Shown one piece after another: positions 45,880 to 58,234 of a stretch of 64,000 nucleotides of DNA. Under the pieces are notes generated by a model. That model saw only the letters and a program-made list of their open reading frames with translations. It was not told the DNA's origin and did no database searches. Each line of letters begins with the position of its first letter. The stretch's first letter is position 1. Location: assembly GCF_009914755.1 (NCBI RefSeq), contig NC_060943.1, one strand, 5' to 3'. The translations under genes and the position numbers were made by a program. The stretch comes from the human T2T-CHM13v2.0 reference genome, Homo sapiens.

Positions 45880-48220
45880 GCAACACGGTTTCTCTACGGC
45901 CCCCACCGGCCACCAGGACCAGAAGCAGCTGCGAAGCCAGCCTTCCCCAGTTTCTCCCTGACAGCGCTGGGTTCGCCCTTCCCCACCACGAAGAGTGTCC
46001 ATAAGGAGAGCTCCACCTTCTCTGACTGAGGCCGGAGGTGCACACAAAGGCGCAGATCCTGGAGCTGCTGGTGCTGGAGCAGTTCCTGGCCATCCTCCCA
46101 GAAAAGCTGCAGCCCTGGGTGCAGAGGCATCATCCAGAAAATGGAGAGGAAGCTCTGACTATGCTGGAGGATGTGCAGAGAGCGCTTGATGGACCAAAGC
46201 AGATCTTCTTTTTTGGACGAAGGAGGGACACGGTTGCAGAGAAGCTAGCACCTTCAGAAATCACTGAGCAATTGCCAACTAGCCAGCGCACGCCCGTGAA
46301 GAAGCAGCTCCAGCGAGAATCATGGGAGCTGCAGTCCTTAAGACCACATGATGAAGACATCAAAACTATAAATGTGAAATCCGCTTCAAGGCAAAAGACT
46401 TCTTCAGGCATAGAACTGCATTGCGATGTTTCGAACATCCTCGGTATAAATGCCTCCCAGAGTTCCACATATAGAGGAATGTATGAACAAGATGATTCAA
46501 AATATGAACATAGGATTGCAGAGTCCCAAAAGAATATGTACTTCAAGACTAGGCTGAAGTGTCCCAGGTCACTGTCAGGAGGCAGATAAATAAAGGGCCT
46601 TAATCTCTTATGAAAGCTCACAAGACCCTCCATACTATTGATGATATCAAGTTAATTTCCTGTGTTGGAAAAAAATAATCTCCTTTGCAATGTAATTTGG
46701 AAATAACTCAATGGAAACATTAAAATGACTGCATGTCTACAAGCAGTCACCTAAACATAAGGAATGTTTTCATAATGAGCAATATCATTCTATGGGTGCT
46801 TCTGTAAGGTGGATGATCACCTTAACATAAAGGAAAAAGGGAGATGAACAAAATTGTCAAACAAGACTGATGTACCACAAGTGTTGGCAAGTGCAGTGTG
46901 TGATGGAGAAATGTACCACAGCTTAACTGGAAGAGCAAGCCCTTAACTGCTGATCACAATGCCTCAGTGTCCCCTTCTCCAGCATAAATCAGCATGAATA
47001 TGTTTCAAGCATCACAAGACAACCTTTTCAGAGTCTCCTGCATTCTTAGTAAGATGAGTTTCTAGACATGCTCTCATGAAATGATACCCTGGATTTTGAT
47101 GTTCTTGTACATACGAACAAATCACTGAAGTTCAATTTAAAGGGTCCACTGCAGTCCTTTATAAACAATTGTTGAACCTAACCTTTATAGTTAATAAGTT
47201 TTAAGACAACATTTTTGGGATATCTTATTTGGCTTATCTATGAGATATGAGCACCTATAAGTTTTACCTGTATTTAATTCAGTCAGATTTCCTGTTTAAA
47301 AATAAAATTACTGACTTGTACATTATTAAAGTTATTTTGACAGTATAAACACAGCATAATTATCTCTTTTCCAGAGATTCTTGATAAAATTCTGTAATGT
47401 TATTACAAGAATACATGTATTGTGTTTTCCATGGTGCTACAGTTAACCAATATGGAGGCAAACATCAGAAATCAAAGCCCTTGGAAAAAGGGAAGAGGAT
47501 CTTAGTCAACTTCTTTGGTTGGGTTCCTCATAGAGTGTAAAACATTTCATTCTCAGAAAATCCAACCATATCTTAGAGTAGCTCCAGAAATTGGCTTAGA
47601 GGAGCTCCGGAAATGTGGAGTGACCACACTCTGCTTAGTTAGTATGCTAATACATGTAAGATCAGTAGGAGGAGAAATGAATGTGAATTTTATTATAGAA
47701 TTTTCTGAGAGTGATTATGCTTTATAGCTCCAGTGAATATGAATATGTATTGAGTTGTATTTTCAGTCATTAAAAATGTAGGATACTTTTTATTTGGGCC
47801 TCATTCTCTTTGTAATTAAAGAGAGGAACAAGCCCATCTATTGAAACAACAAATGCCTCAGAGATATGTGTATTGTGAATTACTGCTTAATTATGGAAAA
47901 AGTTTCTTAGGTTCTATGCCATCAACTTTGTAAGATTGCATTCTCTTTCTTGTGAATAATTTGAATGCCTCCACCAGGAAGTGGTGCGAATCATATCATC
48001 TAAGTATATGATGAATCTTTAAGGGGTGTTGCTGTGTAATTTGAATTATTTTGCAGTTATGTAGCTATCCTAATGAGTGAATGGTACTAGTTTACATATA
48101 AGGAGAACTACTTGAGCTAACCTTGATTTTAAAAAATTAGCATTAGCACCCCCATTATATTAATTTTCAGAGATAGTAAATACTCCAAAATGAAACAAAC
48201 AAAAATAACAACAACAACAA
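45880..48220 (+). pseudogene. Processed pseudogene of ZNF396 (SCAN-ZNF), apparently a zinc-finger-less isoform
   Basis: ORF 46038-46589 closely matches recalled ZNF396 ([20 protein letters not shown]...[23 protein letters not shown]...[36 protein letters not shown]...[12 protein letters not shown]) with no introns. In-frame TGA at 46023. Diverges at EQD, before the fingers. A-rich tail ~48190-48220; inserted in L1. Confidence 0.85.
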
Positions 48221-48899
48221 ACACCTTGCACATGAATGTTTGTAGCGGTTTTAATCATAATTGCCCCAAATTAGAAGCAACCAAAATGTCCTTCAAAAAG
48301 TGAATAGATAAACCAACTGTGGTATATCTATGCAATGGAATATTATTCAGCAATATGAAGAAATGAGCTGTTGAACCATGAAAAGAGATGGAAGAACATT
48401 AAATTCATGCTGCAAAGTGAAAGAAGCCTGTCTGAATAGGTTAAATACTGTATGATTCCAACTATACGACATTTGGAAAGGCAAAACTAGAGACAGTAAA
48501 AAGATCAGTGGTTGCTAGGAGTTTGGGGGAGGAAGGGATTACATGGAGCACAGGAGATTTTTGGGGTAGTGAAACTATTCTGTATGATGCTACAGTATGG
48601 GTACATGACATTATGCAATTGTCAAAAACCACAGAACTGTATGACAGGTAGAGTTAACCATAATGTGTACTATAGACTTTAGTTAATATATTAATATTGG
48701 ATCATTAATTGTAACAAATGTACCACATGAATCCAAGTTGTTAGTAACAGGATAAACTGTGTACGTACGGGTGGAGAAGATACACGAGAACACACTGCAC
48801 TTTCTCCTCAATTTTTCTGTGAAACTAATACTGTTCTAAAATAAAGTTTGTTAATTTAATAAAAAGTAAGATTACAGAAGTTGTAACTTGACTTTATTG

Positions 48900-50350
48900 G
48901 TATTTGTAAAACATATAACCCAACACCAGCTGAACACATGTTTCTTTTCAAGAGCACATGGAATGTTCATTAAGATTGGGCCAAAAAATAAATCTTAATA
49001 ATTTTGAGATTAATATGTTTTCTCTGATCACAATAGAATTTTTGTAGATCTATCTACAAAATTGTAGATATCTACAATATGATATCTACAAAATCCTAAA
49101 ATTTACAGATTAAATATTAAATAAATAAATACTATAATAAATATTAAATTTAAATAGTTAAATATTTAAAATACTCATATTCATATTTAGAATGAAAGCA
49201 AGACACACTTTTATATAATCAATATATTAAAAAATAACAAGGAAAAATATAAAATATTTTGGACTGAATAAGCAAAACACAGCAAATCAAAATTTGTGAT
49301 AGACAGCTAAAGTGTGGCAGCTTTAAGCGTTTATGTTTAAAACAGAAACATTTTAAGAAACAATGATTTAGGTTTCTACCCTGAGTAGAAGAATCAAGGA
49401 ATAAATTAAATATAAAATGAATGGAAAAGAAGAAATAATAAAAATAGACACGGAAATAGAAATGATAGAGACACATTAATTCTATTAATTTCTATTTATA
49501 GACATTTCTATATATAATATAGAAATTATAAAGTGTAATAAAATGGAGAAACCTCTATCAAGATTGAAGAAGAAATAACAAAGAGAAAACTCAAATTACC
49601 AATATTAGGAATAAAAAGGGAAGGGCATGAGTCAGATCTGAAAGACATTAAAAGGGTAATGGGGAATTATAAACATCCTCTAAGAAAAAATATGCAGTTC
49701 CAGACGGTTTTTCAGGTGAATTCTATCAAATGTGTAAGAACAATATTTTACCTGTGTTACACAAACTCTTTCAGAAAGTGGAGAAAGGGGCAACTTTTCG
49801 TAACTCATTCTATAAGGCCAGTATTACTCTAATATCAAAACCTAACAAGAAGAGAAAATTACAGATTAATATCGCTCATAACATAGACACAAAAGTCTTT
49901 GGCAACACTTTAGGAAAACCAAATATAAAAAGATGATCTTTTGTGACTAAGTAAGTTTTTCCCCAGGAAGGCAAAGATTCATTTAACACCTAAAAATCAA
50001 TCAATGTAATTCATCATATTAAGAGAATAAAAGAGAAATGTCCTATGGTGATCTCAATAGCTGTGGGTCTCACACCACTTACCAAAAACATTCTAAGTAA
50101 AGCAGGAATTCGAGAGAATTCATTTCTGTGATAAAGCATATCTACAAAAAATCTTCAGTTAATACCATACTGAATACTCTTAACCTATGATTAGGAACTG
50201 GGAAAGAATATCCATTGTCTCTTCTTGTATTTGATAGTTTCCTGGATGTTGCAGCAAATGTAGAAGATAAGAAAAATTAATAAAAGGCATAGAGATTAAA
50301 AGAGAAGAAAGAAAAGTGCCTTTAAGCACAGAAAACGTTTGTCTATGTAG
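48900..50350 (+). mobile_element. Old L1 ORF2 fragment (upstream part of cassette B)
   Basis: ILPVLHKLFQKVEKGATFRNSFYKASITLISKP. Confidence 0.8.
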
Positions 50351-50364
50351 AACATCTGAAAGAG

Positions 50365-50655
<291 letters not shown>

Positions 50656-50787
50656 ACTAAAGAATCTACAAAGAAACTACAAAATGTAAATAGAAAATGA
50701 GCAAGGTTTCAATACAAAAGTAAATATATCAAAAGCAGTTGTTTTGTCCATATACTACTATATGCCAATATATGTATATAGTACGTG

Positions 50788-50790
<3 letters not shown>

Positions 50791-50840
<50 letters not shown>
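50791..50840. repeat. (AC)n microsatellite
   Basis: 25 AC units. Confidence 0.97.
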
Positions 50841-50842
<2 letters not shown>

Positions 50843-51338
50843 CATCATCATCATCATTTTCAGGGGCTAGGGAAGTTGATATTGGTCAATTATCAATCTC
50901 ACCCAGGGCCCTGACAGCTGGCCTATGGAATTATTGCAAGTGATATTGGTGCCCTTGGGGCATAAAGCTTTTAAGCTAGCATGGATCTTGTATCTACCTG
51001 ATGTACATCTTATGTCCTCGTTCCTGGGAGAAGACAGCTCACAGACAGCTGAGTTTTTGGCTGCACATCCTACTTAGAAGAGAAATGCCTGATTGTGCCA
51101 TGCTGACAAGTGTTGGTCCTGGCAAATACAGAAGGAAATAAAGAGAAATAAAAAGCATGTAGATTACAACAGAAGGAAAACTAGCTTTATTCACAGAAAC
51201 ATGATTCCTAGAAACATTATTGTGTATGTAGAAAATCCTATGGAATCTGCAAAGAAACTACCTGAAATCAAAAGCGATTTCAGTGAGGTTCAATATACAA
51301 ACTCAATATGTATGCATATATACATTTATGTACATACA

Positions 51339-51670
51339 CAGTCATGCACCTCATAACAAGGTTTTGGTCAACAATGAACTGCATATACGACAGTGTTCCC
51401 ATAAGATAATATGACATTGTTACTGTTTCTTTTCTGTGTTTAGATATATTTAGATACACAAAGACTTAACGTTGTGTTACAATTGCCTCAAATTCAGTAT
51501 ATGCCGTACAGGTTTGTAGCTACAGGCTATACCATATGGCCTAGGAGTATAGTCAATTATACCATCTAGGTTTGTGTAGGTACAGTCTATGATGTTTGCA
51601 CAATGACGAAAATCACCTAATGATGCATTTCTCAGAAGGTATTCCCATTGTTAAAGCGACACTGGACTGT
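51339..51670. mobile_element. Tigger3a/MER7-like DNA transposon
   Basis: CAGTCATGC...ACTGGACTGTA termini; CCCATAAGATAAT and TCACCTAATGATGCATTTCTCAGAA. Confidence 0.8.
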
Positions 51671-51852
51671 ATTATATGTATTACCTATATTCTACCAATG
51701 AACTATCAAAAATTAAAATTTAAAAGATTCCATTTACAATAGCATTTACAAACCCCATAGAATACTTAGAAATAAATTAGCAAAAGCTGTGGAAGATCTA
51801 TGCACAGACAACTGCAAAACAGTTGCAAATTTTCTCTTAAAAAGCCAGATAG

Positions 51853-51928
51853 TATGAGGTTGGTACAAAAGTAATTGCGGTTTGAAAGTAATGGCAAAAA
51901 CCACAATTACTTTTGCACCAGCCTAATA
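51853..51928. mobile_element. MADE1 (Hsmar1 MITE)
   Basis: AGGTTGGTACAAAAGTAATTGCGGTTT...AAAACCACAATTACTTTTGCACCAGCCTAA palindrome. Confidence 0.9.
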
Positions 51929-53099
51929 AGTAGCATAGCCTTTGTGGGTCACGTTGTCTGTGACACAGACTCTTTGTGTTTCTGTGTATTCTGCTGCAAC
52001 TCTTTAAAATTGTTAATAGGATCCTTCACTCACTGGCCTTACATGTAGGCTACAGGCTAAATTTGTTGGCCCATAGGCTGCAGTGCTGACCCTTGCTGCG
52101 AAATATTTCTAGGAGAAAATACTCAAGACCTAAATCTATGGAGATATATATCATCCCTGTGGCCTGGAAAAGTTAATATTGGCAAGTTGTCCATCTTGGC
52201 CAGGACCCTGAAAGATAGTCTATGTTATTGTAAGAAAGATTGGTGTCCTTGGGGGCATGGGCTTTTAAGCCAGGGTGGAATCTGCAGAAGTCTGAGGTGC
52301 CATTTCCTGTCCCTATACCTGGGAGAAAATAGCTCTCAGACAGCTGTGTGGCTTTCTGCAAAGCTCAATTAGAAGAGAAATTATCAGGCGTGGTGGCGCA
52401 TGCCTGCAGTCTCAGCTACTTGGGAAGCTGAGGTGGGAGGATCTCTTGAGCCCAGGAGTTCGAGGTTGCAGTGAGCTGTGACTCCAGCCTGTGTGACAGA
52501 GTGATACGCTGTCTGGAGAAATTCATCATGGAGATATGCTGATAATTGGTGGTCCCTGCCTACATCCTCCCAGGAGACTGAGCCAGACCCGGTGTGGCCA
52601 ATGGTCCACTTATAAATTGAACCATGTTAGACCTCCTAACAGTGCAAGTACTCATTACAGCTCTGACATGGTGCTAAGCACCCCAAGTATTATAAACAAG
52701 TGTAATCCATTATGCACACACGGTGAGGCTACACCAAAGTCTGGTGGTTAAATGCATGATCTGTGGAATCAGACAGCATGGGTTCAAACCCTGGCTGGGG
52801 TGAGATGGGGAACTTTCTAAGGCTTAAATGCTGTTTTACCAAATATTTTAAAAGAAGTGAAAATACACTGCCTGTTAGAAAGGGAAGTTTTGGGGTGAAG
52901 CATGTGGGCAGTTTAGAATACCTGGTGTCCACCTCAGAAACCATCACAGCCCAGATGTTATAGGTTCAGGCCTTTCCAGGGCGGGCACATAGAATGTCCT
53001 CGCCTCCAAGGTTTGGAGAGCTGCGCTATAAAGGTTCTTGCAGGCGGTGTCCTGAGCCCAGAGCTGCCTGCAGGCGGGCAGGAGTTGTGGGGGTGTTGG

Positions 53100-54200
53100 C
53101 ATGATCTGGTGTCCTCTGTGGCGGCTGCCTGAAAAGAAGAGGCCGAGGGTTCTTTGTCCTATGTCTCTCCGAATCTTAATACCTGCCCTGCAGCAGACTC
53201 CCTGGCTGCCAGGGCACACCGGTCACCCCGGTAGACGGTGCCGCCCCGCCCTCGCCAACCCCTTATCCCAACTCCCATTTCCAGCCTTCCAGGAAGCCCG
53301 ATCCCCACCCCCGCACCATGTGAGCTGCTCCTCTACTCCGCGTAGGGGAGGCTCTGCCTCCGGTGACCCCGAGGGAAAGAGCTAGAGCACCCACAGGTGC
53401 TGACTGCTGCGGCGCTGAGGACGCTGCACACCCGTTCACCGGCTGACCCAGTGCTGCTGACAACCAGCGTCCGCGGCCCCCAACCGTCGAACAGAGCGCG
53501 TGGGACCATCTGGTGCCAAACGCCTGCAACGGAGTGCAGAAGGTCACGAGGCGCTAGAGACCGGTTGGGGGCAGGCGGTTGGGCCTTGACGCTCTTTGCT
53601 GGGCGTCGTTTTTTCTTCTCGCCCCCTTCGCTCCTGTGCGCTTAGTGCACAAGCCCTGGGCTCACACACCCTTTCTCTGTCACGTGTTCCAACAGCATCT
53701 CACCTGCATCGGGCTGAACAGGAGACCTCAATTTTCTCCTCTACTCCAAGGATTCGCCGGCTCACAATTGCTCTTCATATCTTCAGCAAGCTTTGTCTGT
53801 GCCCTGCCCCTCTGTCCCCCATTGCCTACCATACCCGCTCCCACCAAGCCTGCATCACCTCGCTGTCTCTGTGCCTCTCCCCGGCCCCCTTCCAGGCCTT
53901 TCTCCCACAATTTCTGGTCTTTGCTCCTGGGTGTTCCGTCGACCCTAAGAGGCGGTGTCTGATCTGGCAGGCTCAATGCCTTTCTCTGGCGCTGTCTGCA
54001 CCTCCAATATATTCAGTGACTCAGGAAGGATCCATCCTGCAGGGCCCAGATAGACTCTCCTGTTTGCCACCTGAGCAGAAAGGCACCTCTGTGAGGTCTT
54101 TGCCACCCAGTCACCCTACCAGACCCAATCAGCACGTGGGAGACGTGGATGACAGGAGGACAGAGATGGAGAGGGACCAAAAGACTACATGGGGCCTTGA
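53100..54200 (+). pseudogene. POM121-like intronless pseudogene, copy B (N-terminal part only), CpG-rich
   Basis: LLLYS (~53326, TM remnant); LLQGFAGSQLLFIS vs POM121 LLEGPDPAELLLMG; VDPKRRCLIWQAQCLSL vs VITPRRRYPIHQAQYSCL. Nucleotide similarity to the reverse complement of 59450-60100. Confidence 0.75.
53200..53650. promoter_or_regulatory. CpG-rich island-like segment
   Basis: Dense CpG by inspection relative to the flanks. Confidence 0.65.
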
Positions 54201-54276
54201 AGGATGTCATAAGAACGTTGCCTTTTACTGAGAGATGGGAACCATGGAGGGTTTCAAACTGCTGAGACTGGCATGA

Positions 54277-54573
<297 letters not shown>

Positions 54574-55150
54574 TAACATTCATACACAGAAGTGTACAAA
54601 TCATCTGTCTATTCCTCAATACATTTTTGCAGAATGAACAAACCTATGTAATCTAGATCAAGAAGCAAAACACAGGCACCTCAGAATCAACCTCATGCTC
54701 ATTCCTAGTCACTATGCCCCTCCCAAATTTTTAACATTATAGATTAGTTTTGCCTATTTAAAAACTTTATATAAATGGAACCCTACCATGTGTCCTGTTT
54801 GTGGCTGTGTCTTTTCATTCAACACTTCATAAAATTCATCCATGTTGTTGCTTTTAGCAGCACTTTATTCTTTTATATTGCTGTGTGATGTTCCATTGAA
54901 CAAATATAATTTACCCATTCTATTATTGATGGATGTTTGGCTATTAGAAATAATAATGCTACTGTGGCTAGGTGTAGTGGCTCATGCCTGTAATCCTAGC
55001 AGTTTGGGAGACTGAGGAGGGAGGATTGCTTGAGACCAAGAGTTCAAGACCAACCTGGCCAACATAGTGAGACCCCCATCTCTCTTTAAAAAAAAAAAAG
55101 AAAGAAATAATGCTGCTGTGAACATTCATGTGTATGTTTTCGACTACTTC

Positions 55151-55627
55151 TGAGGTAGGACGCAGGACTCGACTCCAGAGCCGGGGCTTGGACACTGGAG
55201 CAAATTGAGGACTAGCTAAAACAGGGTCAGGGTGGAAGCAGCTTTCCATCAGACACACCCACCAGTGTGCTATGTCAGTTTACATTTGTCATGGCAACAT
55301 GCAGGAATTACTGCTCCTTTCCATGGCAATGACCCAATGACCCAGAAGTTACTACCCTTTTCCTAGAAATTTCAGCATAAACCACCCCTTAATCTGCATG
55401 CAATTAAAAGTAGATGTAAATATGACTGCAGAACTGCCCTGAGCTGCTGCTCTCTGCGCCCTGCCGATAGAGTAACCGTGCTCTGCAGGAGCAGTCACAG
55501 AGCTGTAACACTGCCTCTTCAATAGAGCTGTCTTCTTCCACCACCAGCTCACCCTTGAATCCTTTGCTGGGTGAAGCAAAGAACCCTCCCAAGCTAAGCC
55601 CCAATTTGGGCTTGCCTGCCCAGCATC
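55151..55627 (+). mobile_element. Solo ERV1 LTR (related to the 14.2-15.1 kb LTR)
   Basis: TGAGGTAGG...CAGCATCA termini, CTTC flanks, 3' end AAGAACCCTCCCAAGCTAAGCCCCAATTTGGG. Confidence 0.75.
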
Positions 55628-56569
55628 ACTTCCAATATCATGGAAATTTTCAGTGATGCCTACTATGAGGTTTATTGCTTAACTTTTCACATTTAGCTCT
55701 GGAATTCTCCTGTCGATTTGCATGTCTTTTGTAGATTTATTTCATGTTTATTGATGCTACTATAAATCCTCTGAAGGGATTTACCTTTGGATGTAGAAGG
55801 CAGCTAGGATGGGAAAGCACACTTTATTCTGAGATTAATGTAAGTCAGAGCCATGCTTCACTCTTTTTGAAGGCTGGCTCTCTCCTGTTATCCTTATTTC
55901 TGGGATACTGGCTTTCAGACGTTTTACATGAAAACCTGAGTATTTTTTGGGGACCCTCTTCATTGGCAGGTCCTGACTCTGAATTTTTTTCTCAGCAGCC
56001 GCTGAAATTGCTGAATTTTACCTCCAAAACTTGATTTGAAAAAAACGAAGCAAAGGTAGAAAGAATATCATTCTAAAATCATTGTTTTATAAACAGATTT
56101 TGCTACGTAGATGCAATTGGCCATAATAATGGCAGAGAAGGCCAGATTTTCTTTCTAACTGTTATAACAGTTTTTAAACATGAAAAAGGTTCATTTAGAA
56201 AACAATGTTAAGGTAGGGGCACGGCAGAGAATGGGAAGATGGTCAGCCGGGAGGAGCAGTGCAAGAAGAGAGCAAAGACACAAGCACTCTTGTGTGCAGA
56301 AAAGGCATGGTGAACATAGGGGTAAAAATCACTAGCCCTTCTCGGAGCAATTCCAACATTATCTGAAGGAAAGTCCATGGACCATGAGAACCCCCCACCT
56401 TCTGAGACACATATATCTGGACTGTGGGACTTTGACCCATGTTGGATCAGCCAGATCCCCTCTCCCTGGAGCAGTTTGTCGGCACAGGAAGAGAACAGCT
56501 CAGCCCTTGGAGAGAGAGTCACTTATGGGTAGGATGCCCTGGCTTCCTATGGCTGGCAAGTGTGAAAGT

Positions 56570-56990
56570 TGATTATATAAATTGAGCCATTCTTGTTATA
56601 CCCAACTAAAACAGAATTGGAAGGCCAGGAGGAGAAAACACACTCAGGGCACGCCAAGAATGTAATTCTTTGCAAGCCTAGCTGCTGAAATTGCCTGCTG
56701 TAACCCAAAAACGGTTTTATGTAGTAGCTTCTGAAACAACCTGCCGGACTCTATGATTACTTTTACCCACTGCTATCACTTACCAATCAGAACTTGCCAG
56801 CTCCCCAAAACTTTACTAGTGCCAATGAGTTGTCTTTGCAAAATAAATTGTCTTTGCTCTTTTAACGAAACCTCTTTCTATTTGTTCTTCTAAAAGGCTG
56901 CCCAGTTGTGTGCCCTGAATTGCAATTTTCACTTCCCAAATAAAACAGTTTATATTTATAGAGATTTATCTCTGTATTTTGATTTCGACC
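56570..56990 (+). mobile_element. ERV1-type LTR (subfamily uncertain)
   Basis: CCAATCAGAACTTGCCAGCTCCCC and CCCAAATAAAAC LTR motifs. Confidence 0.5.
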
Positions 56991-57876
56991 CAACGCCCTG
57001 ATTTGCTCACTGCTGTGATCCAGTTGTACCTCCAGGTTCAGTCAATCCTCTCCAATTCTTCAAGGATTGTCCCAAGATAGGTTAGTTTTGGCTGTCCTAG
57101 CTTTTCATATAAATAGGGACATGCAGTATGCATTCCTGTGCAAGGATTCTTTTCACTTAGCAGAATGCTGTGCTTTTGTACTTTTGTTGTCTGTCATCAG
57201 GGGTTATTTTCTTTGATAGCTGAGTAATATGAATACTTCATAATTTCTTTTTCTATTCTCATGTGGATTGGTATCAGGGATATTTCCATATTATGCTTAT
57301 TATGAATAAGGCTTTTATGAATTTTGCCTACTATGCAAGGCTTTTTGTGTCATGCAAGCCTTTTTGTGTACATATGTTTTCATTTCTCTCAAGGAAATAA
57401 TTCAGAATGGAAGCACTGAGTAAGAATAAGTATATATTTAGTTTTATAGTAAGTTTTATGACATTCTTTCAATGTGATTGTACCATTTCATATTATCATT
57501 GCAATGAGAAATCTTCCATGTTTTCATTTCTCTCAAGGAAATAATTCAGAATGGAAGTGCTGAGTAAGAATGTGTATGTTTACTTTTATAATAAGTTTTA
57601 TGACATTTTCTCAATGTGATTGTACCATTTTATATTATTACTGCAAGTGAGAAGTGTTCCAAGCGCTTTACATCCCTACAGGCATTCTGGTGGATGTGCA
57701 ATGGCATCTCAGTGTGGTTTTCATTTAAACTTCCCTGATGATTAATAATATTGAGCATTTTTGGTGGGCCTGTTGAACATTTCTGAATCAACTTTTGGAA
57801 AGGGATTATTGCTCAAATGTTTTGTCCAGTTTTTTTAATTGGGTGGTTTGCCTTATTGTTATTCTATCATTATTAT

Positions 57877-58229
57877 TGTTAGGTTTTGAAGGGAAGGGGA
57901 GAGAGAGAGAGTTGGTGGCTCTACAGCAACACAGGTTTATTGCCAGTACAACTTGCAGAGAGGGGACCAGCTTGGTGCCAGAGCTCACTGCTGCTTACAG
58001 GCTGGGGTAATTACAGGTCTGGGCAGGAGGGGTCTGGGCCCGTATGGCTTGCTGCCCAGGAGGATGTTGATAAAGATGTTCCTTGGGCCTTTGCCCAGCA
58101 GGATGTGATAAGGAAGTCAGGTGGCTGGGCAGGATGTTTCTCACAGCCCAGGGCCCCATGGAATCTTTCATTCTGACCAGGGTCTGTGAAATGGCAGGGA
58201 CTTGCAAAATGGTGCAGCTTGGACTAACA
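57877..58229 (-). mobile_element. Solo LTR with 5-bp TSD (ATTAT)
   Basis: TGTTAG...CTAACA inverted termini, ATTAT on both sides, AATAAA on minus. Confidence 0.75.
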
Positions 58230-58234
58230 ATTAT

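Noticed and set aside
46038-46589. Functional SCAN gene or ZNF24 copy
   Set aside because: The post-SCAN sequence matches ZNF396 as recalled; it is intronless, has an upstream in-frame stop, no ATG at the SCAN start, and sits in an L1.
55700-56560. Possible continuation of POM121-like copy B
   Set aside because: No POM121 motif found by hand translation; origin unresolved, possibly old repeat.
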